From a virus (lineage: Duplodnaviria; Caudoviricetes), in IMG/VR virus record IMGVR_UViG_3300020227_000045, positions 10,496 through 74,495 of that record: a DNA stretch of 64,000 nt; one strand, written 5' to 3'. Below the pieces are notes generated by a model. It was given only the letters and a program-made list of their open reading frames with translations. It made no database searches and was not told where the DNA came from. Position numbers and translations under genes: made by a program. Positions 40,538-51,005 of the stretch are shown here, in pieces. Numbering within the stretch: position 1 is the first letter of the stretch; every line of letters starts with the position of its first letter.

Positions 40538-43211
40538 ATGTCTAACCAAATGTTCGGAGGACATCTAGACCCATACGAAACAACAGATAACTATGAGTAC
40601 CCTTATCACCCAGCAGGTAATCCTAAAAAGATAGATAAATCAGAAGTAGAATCATATACTCTAGCTGATTATGGTTGGACACCTGAAGCTATCAAAGAAC
40701 ATTACATGTATGGTATAAGGGTACAAAACCCTGAAACAGGTAAAGAAATGGATGATGCTTTCTATTATCATGTATTTGAAGTGGCTATAGATAAAGCAGA
40801 AAAAGCATTAGATATATCTATACTACCTGATTTCCAAGATGAACAAAGAGACTATTATGAACAAGACTTCAATAGTTACATGTTTGTTCATGCTTATAAA
40901 AAACCAATACTACAAGTTGAAGGATTACAATTACACTTCAATGGTAGACCAATATATAAATATCCAGCTAACTGGTGGAAAGTACACCATGTAGATGGAC
41001 AAGTACAGTTATATCCAACAGCTTTAATGCAAGTAGGACAGGGAGCTAGTTATTCTAGTGCGGTGAGTGGTTATCCTTATCTAGCAGGTATGATGCCACC
41101 ACAAGGTAATACTTATGCTCCTCAAATGATACATTTAGAATACATTTCAGGTATGTTACCACAGAAAAGAGCAGGCGTAACTAAACCATGGGAATGTCCT
41201 ACAAGTTTACAACAATTAGTAATTAAATACGCACTTAAAGAGATATACCAAGTATGGGGTTACGATGATATTACCCTGTGTGTAGCGTAAGTTGCACATT
41301 TTCAAAGGTTAACTGCTAAGAAATCCTAAAGCTAACTAAACTACAAAGTAATCTGAAAGGATAGGCTTGAATGTTGAGAAATCAGAAAAAATTAGTTAGA
41401 TACTCTAAGGTTAAATCCTAAGGAGAAGAGCAATGGAAGTTTAGCATCGAAAGTCCTAAGTCAATAGATAAGGAATACGTTCAACGACTATTCTGTATAG
41501 ACGACAGAAGTAAAGCTCCAAGTGATTGGGAGAAGAAAAATCTTTACCCTAGTCTTAGGGATAACAAATAGTCTGCACACGTCTTGAAAAAGAGTGCTAG
41601 GAATTGACCTAGACTTATTTAGTAGCGTAAGTAAGGAAACAATGTTAATTAAATGAAAACTTCCTATTGAAATTACCCCAAGTATATGTTATATTATAGG
41701 TATAATATATATAAGGTGGTGAAAGTAAATGAAAAAAACGGAAAATAAATTTTATAGAGGTATAATACTAAAAGTAAACCCTACACAAGAACAAGAAGAT
41801 TTAATGTGGAAACATGTTAATCACTCAAGGTTTATTTATAATTATATGTTAGAAAGATATTGGGAAGCTTTAGATAGTGATAAATATATAGACTATAAGA
41901 ATATGCTTTCTTTACTTAAGGAAATGAAAAAAGAAGATGATTATGATTTCTTAAATGAAGTATCTAGAAAAACTTTAGTTGGTAAAATAGATGATTTAAG
42001 AGAAGCTTTAATAAAGTACCATAATCATGAAATAAGAAAACCTAAATTTAAGTCTAAAAAGAGAGAACCTAAACGTTTTCCAATTAGATATGACCGTATG
42101 CACTTCAGTAAAGAAAAAAGTGTTAAGGTTGAGAAGTTAGGCTACTTAAGAATTTCTAATGGAACATATAAAAATAATAAATCAGTACTTGAGAATGAAA
42201 ACATTAAACCTTTAAATCCTAAGTGCTATTATGACGGTAAATATTGGTATGTATCATTTTCGGTAGAAGTAGATAATCAATACAAAAAAGAAAATGATAA
42301 CACTGATGAAGTTGTAGGAATAGACTTAGGTAGTGGTAAAAAACACGTAATTTGTTCTAACAGAAAAATATATGGTAATATTATTTATTCTAAGAAAATG
42401 AAAAGGTTAGAAAAAAAAATATCTGACCTACAGAAAAGATTAAGTAATAAATATGATATTAACCACACCAAAACAAATAATGTTTTAAAGCTAGAAAATA
42501 AGATAGCTAAAGTTTATAGGAAAATGTCAAATATCCGTAAAAATCATGTACATGAAATAACAAAAGAAATTGTTGAAAAGTATCCTAAAGAGATTATTGT
42601 AGAGGATATAAGAGTTCGTGATTTAATAAAAGACAGAGGATATACAGGACAAAAAAGAAAAAAAATACAGTTTTCTAATTTCTATATGATTAGACAGCAA
42701 TTACAATATAAATGTGAAGATAGAGGTATAAAATTTACAGTAGCTAATACTTATTATCCATCATCACAAATATGTAGTAATTGCGGAGAAAGAAAAAGAA
42801 ATGCTTTAAAATTACAGTTAGGTGATAAAGTCTTTAAATGTAATGCTTGTGGATATGAAGAAGATAGAGATATTAATGCAAGTATTAACTTAAAAAATTA
42901 CCATAAATCTCAATGGTTAAAAGAACAAAACCAATAATATGTTTGCTTTTAGTAGGGTTCTATAACCCGAAAATATAATGCCTTTTATTTTAAGAAGGAA
43001 GTTAATTTAATTAACATATGGTAATCTCATTATCGGTGCAGGAATAGCAAACAAATCACTAGATGTTGATGGTATTAGTGAAACAATCGGTACTACTCAA
43101 TCAGCTATGTATGGTGGAGCTAGTGCTCAAATACTTCAAATAAATGAAGATATTGGAGAACTACTAAAAGGTCTACAATCATACTTTGGTACCAACATGG
43201 TAGCTATCTAA
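40538..43211 (+). CDS. conserved head-neck (adaptor-like) virion protein in 2 exons: 40538-~41258 and ~43021-43211
   Basis: join restores KEIYQVWG|NLIIGAGIANKSLDVDGISETIGTTQSAMYGGASAQIL; 912 nt = 303 aa. Confidence 0.85.
41259..43020 (+). mobile_element. IStron-like element: group I intron core plus tnpB, no transposase
   Basis: intron core ~41260-41640 (TTCAACGACTA 41481, AAATAGTCT 41567), internal promoter, tnpB, short 3' tail ending CATATG; GG at both junctions; ends uncertain by 1-3 nt. Confidence 0.85.
41729..42937 (+). CDS. tnpB: intron-encoded TnpB nuclease
   Basis: LKVNPTQEQ...HSRFIYNY, VGIDLG, IIVEDI, CSNCG...CNACG, DRDINASINL. Confidence 0.92.
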   Translation: MKKTENKFYRGIILKVNPTQEQEDLMWKHVNHSRFIYNYMLERYWEALDSDKYIDYKNMLSLLKEMKKEDDYDFLNEVSRKTLVGKIDDLREALIKYHNHEIRKPKFKSKKREPKRFPIRYDRMHFSKEKSVKVEKLGYLRISNGTYKNNKSVLENENIKPLNPKCYYDGKYWYVSFSVEVDNQYKKENDNTDEVVGIDLGSGKKHVICSNRKIYGNIIYSKKMKRLEKKISDLQKRLSNKYDINHTKTNNVLKLENKIAKVYRKMSNIRKNHVHEITKEIVEKYPKEIIVEDIRVRDLIKDRGYTGQKRKKIQFSNFYMIRQQLQYKCEDRGIKFTVANTYYPSSQICSNCGERKRNALKLQLGDKVFKCNACGYEEDRDINASINLKNYHKSQWLKEQNQ

Positions 43212-43224
43212 AGGAGGAATATAG

Positions 43225-44106
43225 TTGGAAAAGAGTTATAAATTAACAAGTAGTAGAGTAGATAAAGTTAATCCTTCTATAGCTAATGATACTTCCTATT
43301 CTCCTTTAGAAAAAGAAGAACCTAAAACATCAACAGCAAAATTAGAATTTGACACAAAAGATATGCGTAGGTTTATGAATGATAGAGGTATAAAAGTTCT
43401 TTGGGAACAAGCATACCTCTGCCCTTGTTTAAATACAAAAACAGGAGCACCTAGAATAGATTGTCCTAGATGTCATGGGTCAGGTATAGCTTATCTACCA
43501 CCTAAAGAGACAGTGATGGCTATTCAATCACAAGGTAAAGGTGTAAGTGTATTTGACTTAGGTATTATGGAGACAGGTACTGCTATAGGTACAACACAAC
43601 TAGAACATAGAATATCTTACAGAGATAGATTTACAGTTCCAGATGTAGTAATGCCACAACACATGATTTTCTTAATAACAGAAGATAGAGTTAAAAAAGG
43701 AATATCATTAGTATATGATACAAAAGAAATTGTATATATAACAACAGATGAACGTGTCTTATATGAAGAAGATTATACAGTAAAAGATAATAGACTATAT
43801 TTAGATAAATCATTCATAGGACAAAACGTATCTTTAAAAATATATATGACTTTAAGATATACTGTTTCAGATATATTAAAAGAAAGTCGTTATCAATATA
43901 CACAATTCAATGAACCTCAAACTAAATTTGAAAATCTACCTCAAAAACTACTCTTAAAAAGAGAAGATGTTTTTGTTAAACCAGAAGCATATAAACCTAA
44001 AGATGGTATTAATGAAGATATACAAATAGATGATGTTATAGATGACCCTAAAGCTAAACCTACAAGTCAAGAAAATAAAGGTGGATTCTTTGGTGGTGGT
44101 TTATAA
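43225..44106 (+). CDS. conserved virion (head completion/neck) protein
   Basis: WEQAYLCPC...CPRCHGSG; conserved position. Confidence 0.75.
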   Translation: MEKSYKLTSSRVDKVNPSIANDTSYSPLEKEEPKTSTAKLEFDTKDMRRFMNDRGIKVLWEQAYLCPCLNTKTGAPRIDCPRCHGSGIAYLPPKETVMAIQSQGKGVSVFDLGIMETGTAIGTTQLEHRISYRDRFTVPDVVMPQHMIFLITEDRVKKGISLVYDTKEIVYITTDERVLYEEDYTVKDNRLYLDKSFIGQNVSLKIYMTLRYTVSDILKESRYQYTQFNEPQTKFENLPQKLLLKREDVFVKPEAYKPKDGINEDIQIDDVIDDPKAKPTSQENKGGFFGGGL

Positions 44107-44714
44107 TGGCAAAGAATAAAATACCTAAATTTTTAGCAAATCCTAGTGAATCATCTAAAAAGATTGCTAAAGGTTTAGAGAATGATGCTACAAATGAATT
44201 ACATTTACAAGCTCAACAAATACAAATGGATATGGACGATGTAAAAGTAACAAGACTTAATAATAGAATTCAAATAGAAAAGAAAATGGAAGAAAATAAT
44301 ATCATTGACTTAAAACCATATTTTGCCAGGTCTTCTAAGAAGAAAGATAAAAAAGATGGTGGATGGTACTTAATTGTACCTATTCGTGTAAAAACAAGTC
44401 AAATGAGTAGTAGAATGTATACGAAGTTAAACAAAGTAAAAAAGCAGGGTAAGTATACAAATACTTTAATAGACTATATAGAAGGTACAAGACAAAAAAC
44501 AACAGTTCCTAGCTTAGCACCAAAACAAGCTAGTAAAAATATAACTAAAGTAGATAAACCTACAAACCAATCTCATTATGTATTCTTTAGAACAGTTTCC
44601 GATACATCACCTCCAAACTCTTGGATAATAAATAGAGGAAATACTGAAGGAATGTCTTCGAGAGACAGAAGAGATATTGAATCATTAATGAGATGGAAGA
44701 TGAACAACCTATAA
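44106..44714 (+). CDS. conserved neck-region protein
   Basis: GGWYLIVPIR, FFRTVSDTSPPNSWIIN. Confidence 0.7.
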   Translation: MAKNKIPKFLANPSESSKKIAKGLENDATNELHLQAQQIQMDMDDVKVTRLNNRIQIEKKMEENNIIDLKPYFARSSKKKDKKDGGWYLIVPIRVKTSQMSSRMYTKLNKVKKQGKYTNTLIDYIEGTRQKTTVPSLAPKQASKNITKVDKPTNQSHYVFFRTVSDTSPPNSWIINRGNTEGMSSRDRRDIESLMRWKMNNL

Positions 44715-44730
44715 AGGAGAAAAGACTATT

Positions 44731-45573
44731 ATGGCTATCACTTCAATTGACTCATATTTACTAGAAGAAATAGAGCCTAGATTACAGACAGTGCTTAAAA
44801 ATTGTTATATTATAGACGAGGTTTTGAAGGACTACAACGAATCCACAAGATATAACTTTAAAGAAGGTTTTTGTGGAGAAAATGCACCTTATGAAGTCGA
44901 TATAAGTTTCAAAACACCTGAATTTAAAAATGGTACTAAAGCACATTATCTCATTCAACAAGGACAAGGAAGAGAATCAAATACATCCTTCTCTAATATA
45001 CAAGCTGACTACTTAGAAGCAAGTGGTAATACACATTCTGAATATAGTACAGTATATAGAGATGAGGATAGATTGAAACTTAAAGTTTCCAAGCCTATTC
45101 ATGAAGTATTGGTTGTAGAACACATTTCCTTTGCTGAGTTTGATGATTTAAAGTGGGAAGATAATGTTATTTCTTTTAGATATGATGGAAATGAATCTTT
45201 AGAAAATTATCAGGCTATTGTTAAATATGTTGAAAAAACAGGTGATACTAAAGGTCTTGTAAAAGGATTTACTGTTAGTGAACAAGTAACGATTGTTGGA
45301 TTATCTGATAACGTAGATACAGCAAGGTGTTTAGATGCTATTTTAAAAATGATTTTAATATCAATGAGAGATAGCTTACAAGAACAACAATCTTTACAAT
45401 TACAAAGATTAGAGTTTGGAGATTTATCCCCTATAATTACAGATACTGATTTTTATATTTGGGGTAGACCAACAATCATTTCATATGAAACATCTATAGA
45501 TATGGACTATACAATCACTCAAGACATCAACAAATTAACATTTAAAGAGAGGTATGACTATAACAATGGCTAG
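44731..45573 (+). CDS. conserved tail completion/terminator-like protein
   Basis: 280 aa upstream of the sheath gene. Confidence 0.65.
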   Translation: MAITSIDSYLLEEIEPRLQTVLKNCYIIDEVLKDYNESTRYNFKEGFCGENAPYEVDISFKTPEFKNGTKAHYLIQQGQGRESNTSFSNIQADYLEASGNTHSEYSTVYRDEDRLKLKVSKPIHEVLVVEHISFAEFDDLKWEDNVISFRYDGNESLENYQAIVKYVEKTGDTKGLVKGFTVSEQVTIVGLSDNVDTARCLDAILKMILISMRDSLQEQQSLQLQRLEFGDLSPIITDTDFYIWGRPTIISYETSIDMDYTITQDINKLTFKERYDYNNG

Positions 45574-45781
45574 TAAAAAACAAACAACAAAACAAACAAA
45601 ACCTAAATTCACAGGGTATGCTGATATAGATACTTTTATTAATTCAGCACAAACTGTCTTTAAATTCTCTGATGGAGAAGCTAAAGGATTTAAAGCTTAT
45701 ATGGAAGGTAAATATTATCAACGTTCAGAACGTGATTTTATCCCTTACTTAGAAAGCTATTTAGGTAGAAAATTAAAATAA
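45554..45781 (+). CDS. conserved small protein before the sheath gene
   Basis: GFKAYMEGKYY...FIPYLESYLGRKL. Confidence 0.7.
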   Translation: MTITMASKKQTTKQTKPKFTGYADIDTFINSAQTVFKFSDGEAKGFKAYMEGKYYQRSERDFIPYLESYLGRKLK

Positions 45782-45802
45782 TAGATAGGAGACATAAATA
45801 AT

Positions 45803-47572
45803 ATGGCTGAAAGTGTATTTCCAAGAATCCCTATCACCCGTCCACATACAGAAATCAATGTAGATACGTCAGGTATTGGTGGTTCAGCAAGTTCAAGTGA
45901 GAAGATTCTTTGCTTAATTGGACAAGCTGAAGGTGGGGAACCTAACACAGTATATGAATTACGAAATTATTCACAAGCTGAACAAGTTTTCCGTTCAGGA
46001 GAGTTAGTAGATGCTATTCATTTAGCATGGACTACAAACCCACAATTTACAGCAGGAACTATTTTAGCAATGCGTATTGAAGATGCAGAACCTGCAACAC
46101 TAACTAAAGGTGGATTAACTTTTAAATCTAAAATCTATGGTGTAGATTCTAACGACATTCAAGTTGCTTTAGAAGAAAACACTATTACAGATTCTTACCG
46201 TTTGAAAGTTAACTTTGATAAAGACCGTATTCGTAACACTTACGATAATATCGGTAACATCTTCAAATTAGAATATACAGGTGAAGGTCAAGGTACTTAT
46301 ACAGTTAAACATAGTAAAGAAACTGGAAAAGCTACAAACCTAATCTTAAGTGAAGATGGTTCAGAAGTAAGAAACTATGCACTAGGTGAAGGTGTATATG
46401 AATATACAAATGACATCATTAAAGATGTAAACAACTTACCAAGCTTTAAAGCTACATTATCACCTTTTGGAAATAAAGACTTAGAAACTAAGTATTTAGA
46501 TGAAGCTAAAGATGTAGATATTAAAGTTGAAGACGGAGTTTATGTAACAGCAATATTCGGTGATATTCTAAATCAAACAAAATATGACCAAGCAGTTACA
46601 ATTGAACGTGCAGAAGCACAACAAGAATCTCCAAGTGACGTAGATGTAGAAGCAGGAGAAACTAGTGCTGAAGTAACAGCAGGAAGCACTGTATCTACAC
46701 AAGAAATCGAACCATTTGAATTGTCTAACTTACAAGGTGGAACAAATGGAACACCACCAAGTACTTGGTCAGAAAAATTAGATAAATTTGCTCATGAAGG
46801 TGGATACTACATTGTACCACTAAGTTCTAGACAATCTGTACACGCAGAGGTTGCACACTTTGTAACTTCACGTACAGATGCAGGAGAACCAATGAGAGCT
46901 ATTGTTGGTGCAGGATTTAATGAAGCAAAAGAACAATTAATTGGTCGTGCTTCAGCTCTAGTAAATCCTCGTGTTACACTTATAGCTAACTCTGGTACAT
47001 TTATGATGGGAGATGGACGTAGAAACCATGTACCTGCATATATGGTAGCAGCAGCTATTGGTGGTTTAGCAAGTGGGCTAGATATTGGTGAATCAATCAC
47101 ATTCAAGAACTTCGGTATTAATTCATTAGACCAAGTTTATGAGTCAGCAGACTTAGACCAATTAAACGAAAACGGTGTTGTATCTATCGAATTCGTTCGT
47201 GACAGATTAAATACTCGTTTCCGTATTGTAGATGATGTTACAACATTCAATGATACAAGAGACCCTGTTAAATCTGAAATGGCAATTGGTGAAGAAAACG
47301 ACTTCTTAAGTTCTGAACTTAAAGTCTTACTCGATGATAACTTCATCGGTACTAGAACAACAGAAACAAGTCCTTCAATTATCAAAGACTTTATTCAGTC
47401 TTATCTTGAACGTAAAAAACGTGACCATGAAATCCAAGATTTCACACCAGAAGACGTACAAGTTATTATTGAAGGTAAAGAAGCACGTATATCAATGACA
47501 GTATTCCCAATCAGAACATTGAAAAAAATTACTGTATCATTGGTTTATAAAGAACAACAATTACAAGCCTAA
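45803..47572 (+). CDS. tail sheath protein
   Basis: 589 aa; FPRIPITRPHTEINVDTSGIGG, GGEPNTVY, YYIVPLS, RIVDDVTT. Confidence 0.95.
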   Translation: MAESVFPRIPITRPHTEINVDTSGIGGSASSSEKILCLIGQAEGGEPNTVYELRNYSQAEQVFRSGELVDAIHLAWTTNPQFTAGTILAMRIEDAEPATLTKGGLTFKSKIYGVDSNDIQVALEENTITDSYRLKVNFDKDRIRNTYDNIGNIFKLEYTGEGQGTYTVKHSKETGKATNLILSEDGSEVRNYALGEGVYEYTNDIIKDVNNLPSFKATLSPFGNKDLETKYLDEAKDVDIKVEDGVYVTAIFGDILNQTKYDQAVTIERAEAQQESPSDVDVEAGETSAEVTAGSTVSTQEIEPFELSNLQGGTNGTPPSTWSEKLDKFAHEGGYYIVPLSSRQSVHAEVAHFVTSRTDAGEPMRAIVGAGFNEAKEQLIGRASALVNPRVTLIANSGTFMMGDGRRNHVPAYMVAAAIGGLASGLDIGESITFKNFGINSLDQVYESADLDQLNENGVVSIEFVRDRLNTRFRIVDDVTTFNDTRDPVKSEMAIGEENDFLSSELKVLLDDNFIGTRTTETSPSIIKDFIQSYLERKKRDHEIQDFTPEDVQVIIEGKEARISMTVFPIRTLKKITVSLVYKEQQLQA

Positions 47573-47641
47573 TCTAGTGGAGTACCTAGATTAGGTACTC
47601 CTATTATGAAAAAGTTAAACAAAATAGGAGAGTGAATATAG

Positions 47642-48908
47642 ATGGCAAGTGAAGCTAAACAGTCCATTCACACTGGTAATACCGTCTATCTCATGATTAA
47701 AGGTAAAATTGTAGGCAGAGCTCAATCAGCTTCAGGTACTCGTGAATACGGTACTGAGGGCGTATATGAAATTGGTTCAATTATGCCACAAGAACACGTT
47801 TACCTTAGATATGAAGGTACGGTTACAATAGAAAGATTACGAATGAAAAAAGAAAACTTCGCAAAATTAGGATATGCTTCTTTAGGTGAAGAAATCCTTA
47901 AAAAAGATGTTATCGACATTTTAGTTGTAGATAACTTAACTAAGAGTGTAATCATAGCATACCATGGTTGTAGTGCTAATAACTATAAAATTTGTAGCTT
48001 TAGGAAGTAATTCCTATCGAAAAACTTTTCTAAACAGGGAAACCTAAGTACAATTTGTATAAGGCAATCCTGTGCTAAATTGACTTAATCAGTCATAAAT
48101 GCCAAACGACTAACAGAAACCTATTCATATAAGTGAAGGGAGTAAGAGTACAGCCAAGTGGTCAAGGTGTTGGGTAATAACCAAATAAATCCTTGTTAAA
48201 TGGAAAAGAAAAGAATCCTTAATATAAAAAGGATTATGATATAGTCTCATCTATATGGAAACATATAGCAGTTCTAAAAGAACGTACAATGATTAACGAC
48301 CATTGTAGAAGTAAATGGATGAAGAAATTAATACCAATGAAATGATTACAGAAAGTATTGAGTAGGTAAAAAGCTCCTATAATCAGAAATGGTTATAGCA
48401 AATCTCTCTAATTCATGGAAACCCCTAACAAGTAATGATGAGGGCAATCATGAGCGAAGCTCTTAAAACAAGAGAACGTGCAACGACTAGTCTACGGACG
48501 TACAATCAAGTGATTGGAAATGGGAGACACCTTCAATTTTAAGGTGATGATATAGTCTGAACTATATGGAAACATATAGAAGGATAGAATTAACGATTCT
48601 ATTCGTAACAAAATTGTTTCTTATCTTACAGCATTAAATTTCTAGTGCCCTTATACAGTAATGTATATTGAATCAATCCTCTAATTCAGGGAAACCCTAA
48701 ACGAAATTAAGACGTAGGCAATCCTGAGCCAAGCCTATAATTAGGAAGGTGCAACGACTATCTCTAAGGAGAGTACGCTCAAGTGAGTGGAAATGGGGAT
48801 TATCCTATACAATATAGGATAGTGATATAGTCTGGACTATATGGAAACATATAGAAGGTTAGGAGTAACGAACCTAATCGTAACATAATCGCAGATAAAG
48901 CATCATAA
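47642..48908 (+). CDS. tail tube protein in 4 exons: 47642-47986, 48318-48363, 48617-48634, 48892-48908
   Basis: exons sum to 426 nt (141 aa): ...GCSANNY|DEEINTNEMITESIE|FSYLTA|SDKAS-stop. Confidence 0.92.
47987..48317 (+). ncRNA. group I intron tube-I1 (331 nt, ORF-less)
   Basis: U/G junctions; AAACGACTAA and GATATAGTCT. Confidence 0.87.
48364..48616 (+). ncRNA. group I intron tube-I2 (253 nt, ORF-less)
   Basis: U/G junctions; TGCAACGACTA and GATATAGTCT. Confidence 0.87.
48635..48891 (+). ncRNA. group I intron tube-I3 (257 nt, ORF-less)
   Basis: U/G junctions; TGCAACGACTA and GATATAGTCT. Confidence 0.87.
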
Positions 48909-49018
48909 TATTTTAGAATATTTAAACCCAACAATAAAAGTTGGGTTTATTTTTTTTATACTTTACATAACAGAGCAACTATGATATAATATAAATATAA
49001 ACAAAAGGAGGATATATT

Positions 49019-50284
49019 ATGACATTAACAAATAGAAGAAATAAAGGTTCTATAGGAGAGCAAATAGTAGATACGATATTAGGGTATAATAATATGACTT
49101 ATGAAAGAGAATATACAATAATTAACAAAGAAGAAAGAAAACAAAGGATGGATTTTAAAGTTAAGTATAGAGGTAAAGATTACTGTATTGAATATATGGG
49201 TGAACAACATTATGTTGATAAAACTATATTTGACTTAAAAAGTATACAAAAGAATGATAAACTTAAAAAAGAATATTGCTTAGATAACGGTATCATATTT
49301 ATTGAAATTAGTTACTTAGAAAATTCTATAGATAGTATTTATAAAATATTAAAATGGTATTTCAAAGATATTAAAAAACCTAAAAATATAGAATTATATA
49401 AGGAAGCAAATAAATTTAAAGGAAATATAACTATAGAAAATAAAAGAAAGAATATTAAATTTACAGGAACATATGGAGATATATTAAATGAATTTAAAGA
49501 TATAAATGAATCAAATATTAATAAGTGTTTAAATGGGGAGACTGATAGTATTGGTGGTTATCTCATGTCTTTTGAAGATGATTATTTAGAAAGTATAAGA
49601 ATTTTAAATTGTCAAGAAAGAAAGGATAAAAGGAAAAACAAACCATTAAAAAAACCTAGAGAAAAAACACCTATTGTTGCTCTAAATGTATATACAATGG
49701 AAGAATATAAATTTGATTCTATTAATGAGTGTCAAAAAGAATTAGGTCTAACTGGAGTTTATAACTTAATATTTCCTAGAGAAGAAGATAGAACAAGAGT
49801 TAGTTTAAAGGGTTTTATATTTAAAAAAGTAGGAGAAGAATATAAACACAATCCAAAAGAAGTTAGAGAAAAATTAAAAAAAAGAAAACCTCAAAAGGTA
49901 AATAAACCTGCGGTTCCTAAAAGACAAGTATACATGATTGATATAGAAACAGGAAAGGAAACAAAATTTGAATCTATAGCACAAGCAGAAAGAGAGACAG
50001 GTATAAAAGGAATCTCAACATATATTTCAAGTAAAAGAAACAGAGTATCATTAAAAGGAAAAATGTTTAGAATAGACGGACAAGAGTATAGATATAGTTT
50101 AGAAGAAGCTAGAAGTAAATCTCAAAAAAGAAAAGTAGAAGCTTATAATATAGAAACAGGAGACAAAATAATAGGAAGTCTAAATGAAGTAGGTAGGAAA
50201 ATAGGGGTTTCAGGAACTAACATAAGTAAAGTTTTAAGAGGTAAAGGTAAAAGTTTAAAGGGATATACATTTGAGTATAAATAA
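49019..50284 (+). CDS. free-standing PD-(D/E)XK endonuclease with NUMOD1-like repeats
   Basis: QRMDFKV...CIEYMGEQHY; repeated FDSINECQKELG / FESIAQAERETG / GSLNEVGRKIG...GYTFEY. Confidence 0.78.
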   Translation: MTLTNRRNKGSIGEQIVDTILGYNNMTYEREYTIINKEERKQRMDFKVKYRGKDYCIEYMGEQHYVDKTIFDLKSIQKNDKLKKEYCLDNGIIFIEISYLENSIDSIYKILKWYFKDIKKPKNIELYKEANKFKGNITIENKRKNIKFTGTYGDILNEFKDINESNINKCLNGETDSIGGYLMSFEDDYLESIRILNCQERKDKRKNKPLKKPREKTPIVALNVYTMEEYKFDSINECQKELGLTGVYNLIFPREEDRTRVSLKGFIFKKVGEEYKHNPKEVREKLKKRKPQKVNKPAVPKRQVYMIDIETGKETKFESIAQAERETGIKGISTYISSKRNRVSLKGKMFRIDGQEYRYSLEEARSKSQKRKVEAYNIETGDKIIGSLNEVGRKIGVSGTNISKVLRGKGKSLKGYTFEYK

Positions 50285-50453
50285 TATTTAAGACCTAGAT
50301 TAATTTCTAGGTCTATTTTTTTATTCCTATTTTGTTATATATAAATAATATGATATAATTGATATAAATAAGATAGAATAATATTATTGCGTGCTATATT
50401 AGATATGTAAAAGGAAAAAATAATTACTAAGAAGAGGAGAAAGTGTTTATATT

Positions 50454-51005
50454 ATGGCTGAAGAAACTAAAAAAGATTTATCTGAAATGACCGAAGAAGA
50501 AATAGATAAATTAAAATATAAAAAAGATACTAAAGAAACAGAAGATAAAAAAGAAGATTCTAAAGAAGACTCTAAAGAAAAGGAGTCTAAAGAAGAAAAA
50601 CAAAAACCTGTTTCTGAAATGACTAAAGAAGAAATAGAAGAATTAAAATACCAACAAGAACAAGAGAAACAAAAAGTATTAGATAAAGTTATTAGAGGAT
50701 ACAATGATACATTTATTAAACACTATGACTTTAGAGAACTAGGTTTAACATTCACAATTAAATTACATTTACCTAACATGATTGAACAAGGTCAAATTAA
50801 TGCTCTACGCTCCAAATACCTTGGAGGTACGGATGTAGACCAACCTGCATATATTTATTATGCTTTTGAAATGTTAGCTACAATTCAAGTTGTAGGTGAC
50901 GAAGTTCCTAAATATTTCAAGAATGAAGAAGATGTATATAACCCAGCTCCATTAATTCAAATGTATAATGATTGGATGGACTTTCAATCAACCTTTCGTT
51001 ACTAG
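50454..51005 (+). CDS. tail assembly chaperone
   Basis: position between tube and tape measure; conserved NTFIKHY...PN..EQG.I pattern. Confidence 0.7.
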   Translation: MAEETKKDLSEMTEEEIDKLKYKKDTKETEDKKEDSKEDSKEKESKEEKQKPVSEMTKEEIEELKYQQEQEKQKVLDKVIRGYNDTFIKHYDFRELGLTFTIKLHLPNMIEQGQINALRSKYLGGTDVDQPAYIYYAFEMLATIQVVGDEVPKYFKNEEDVYNPAPLIQMYNDWMDFQSTFRY

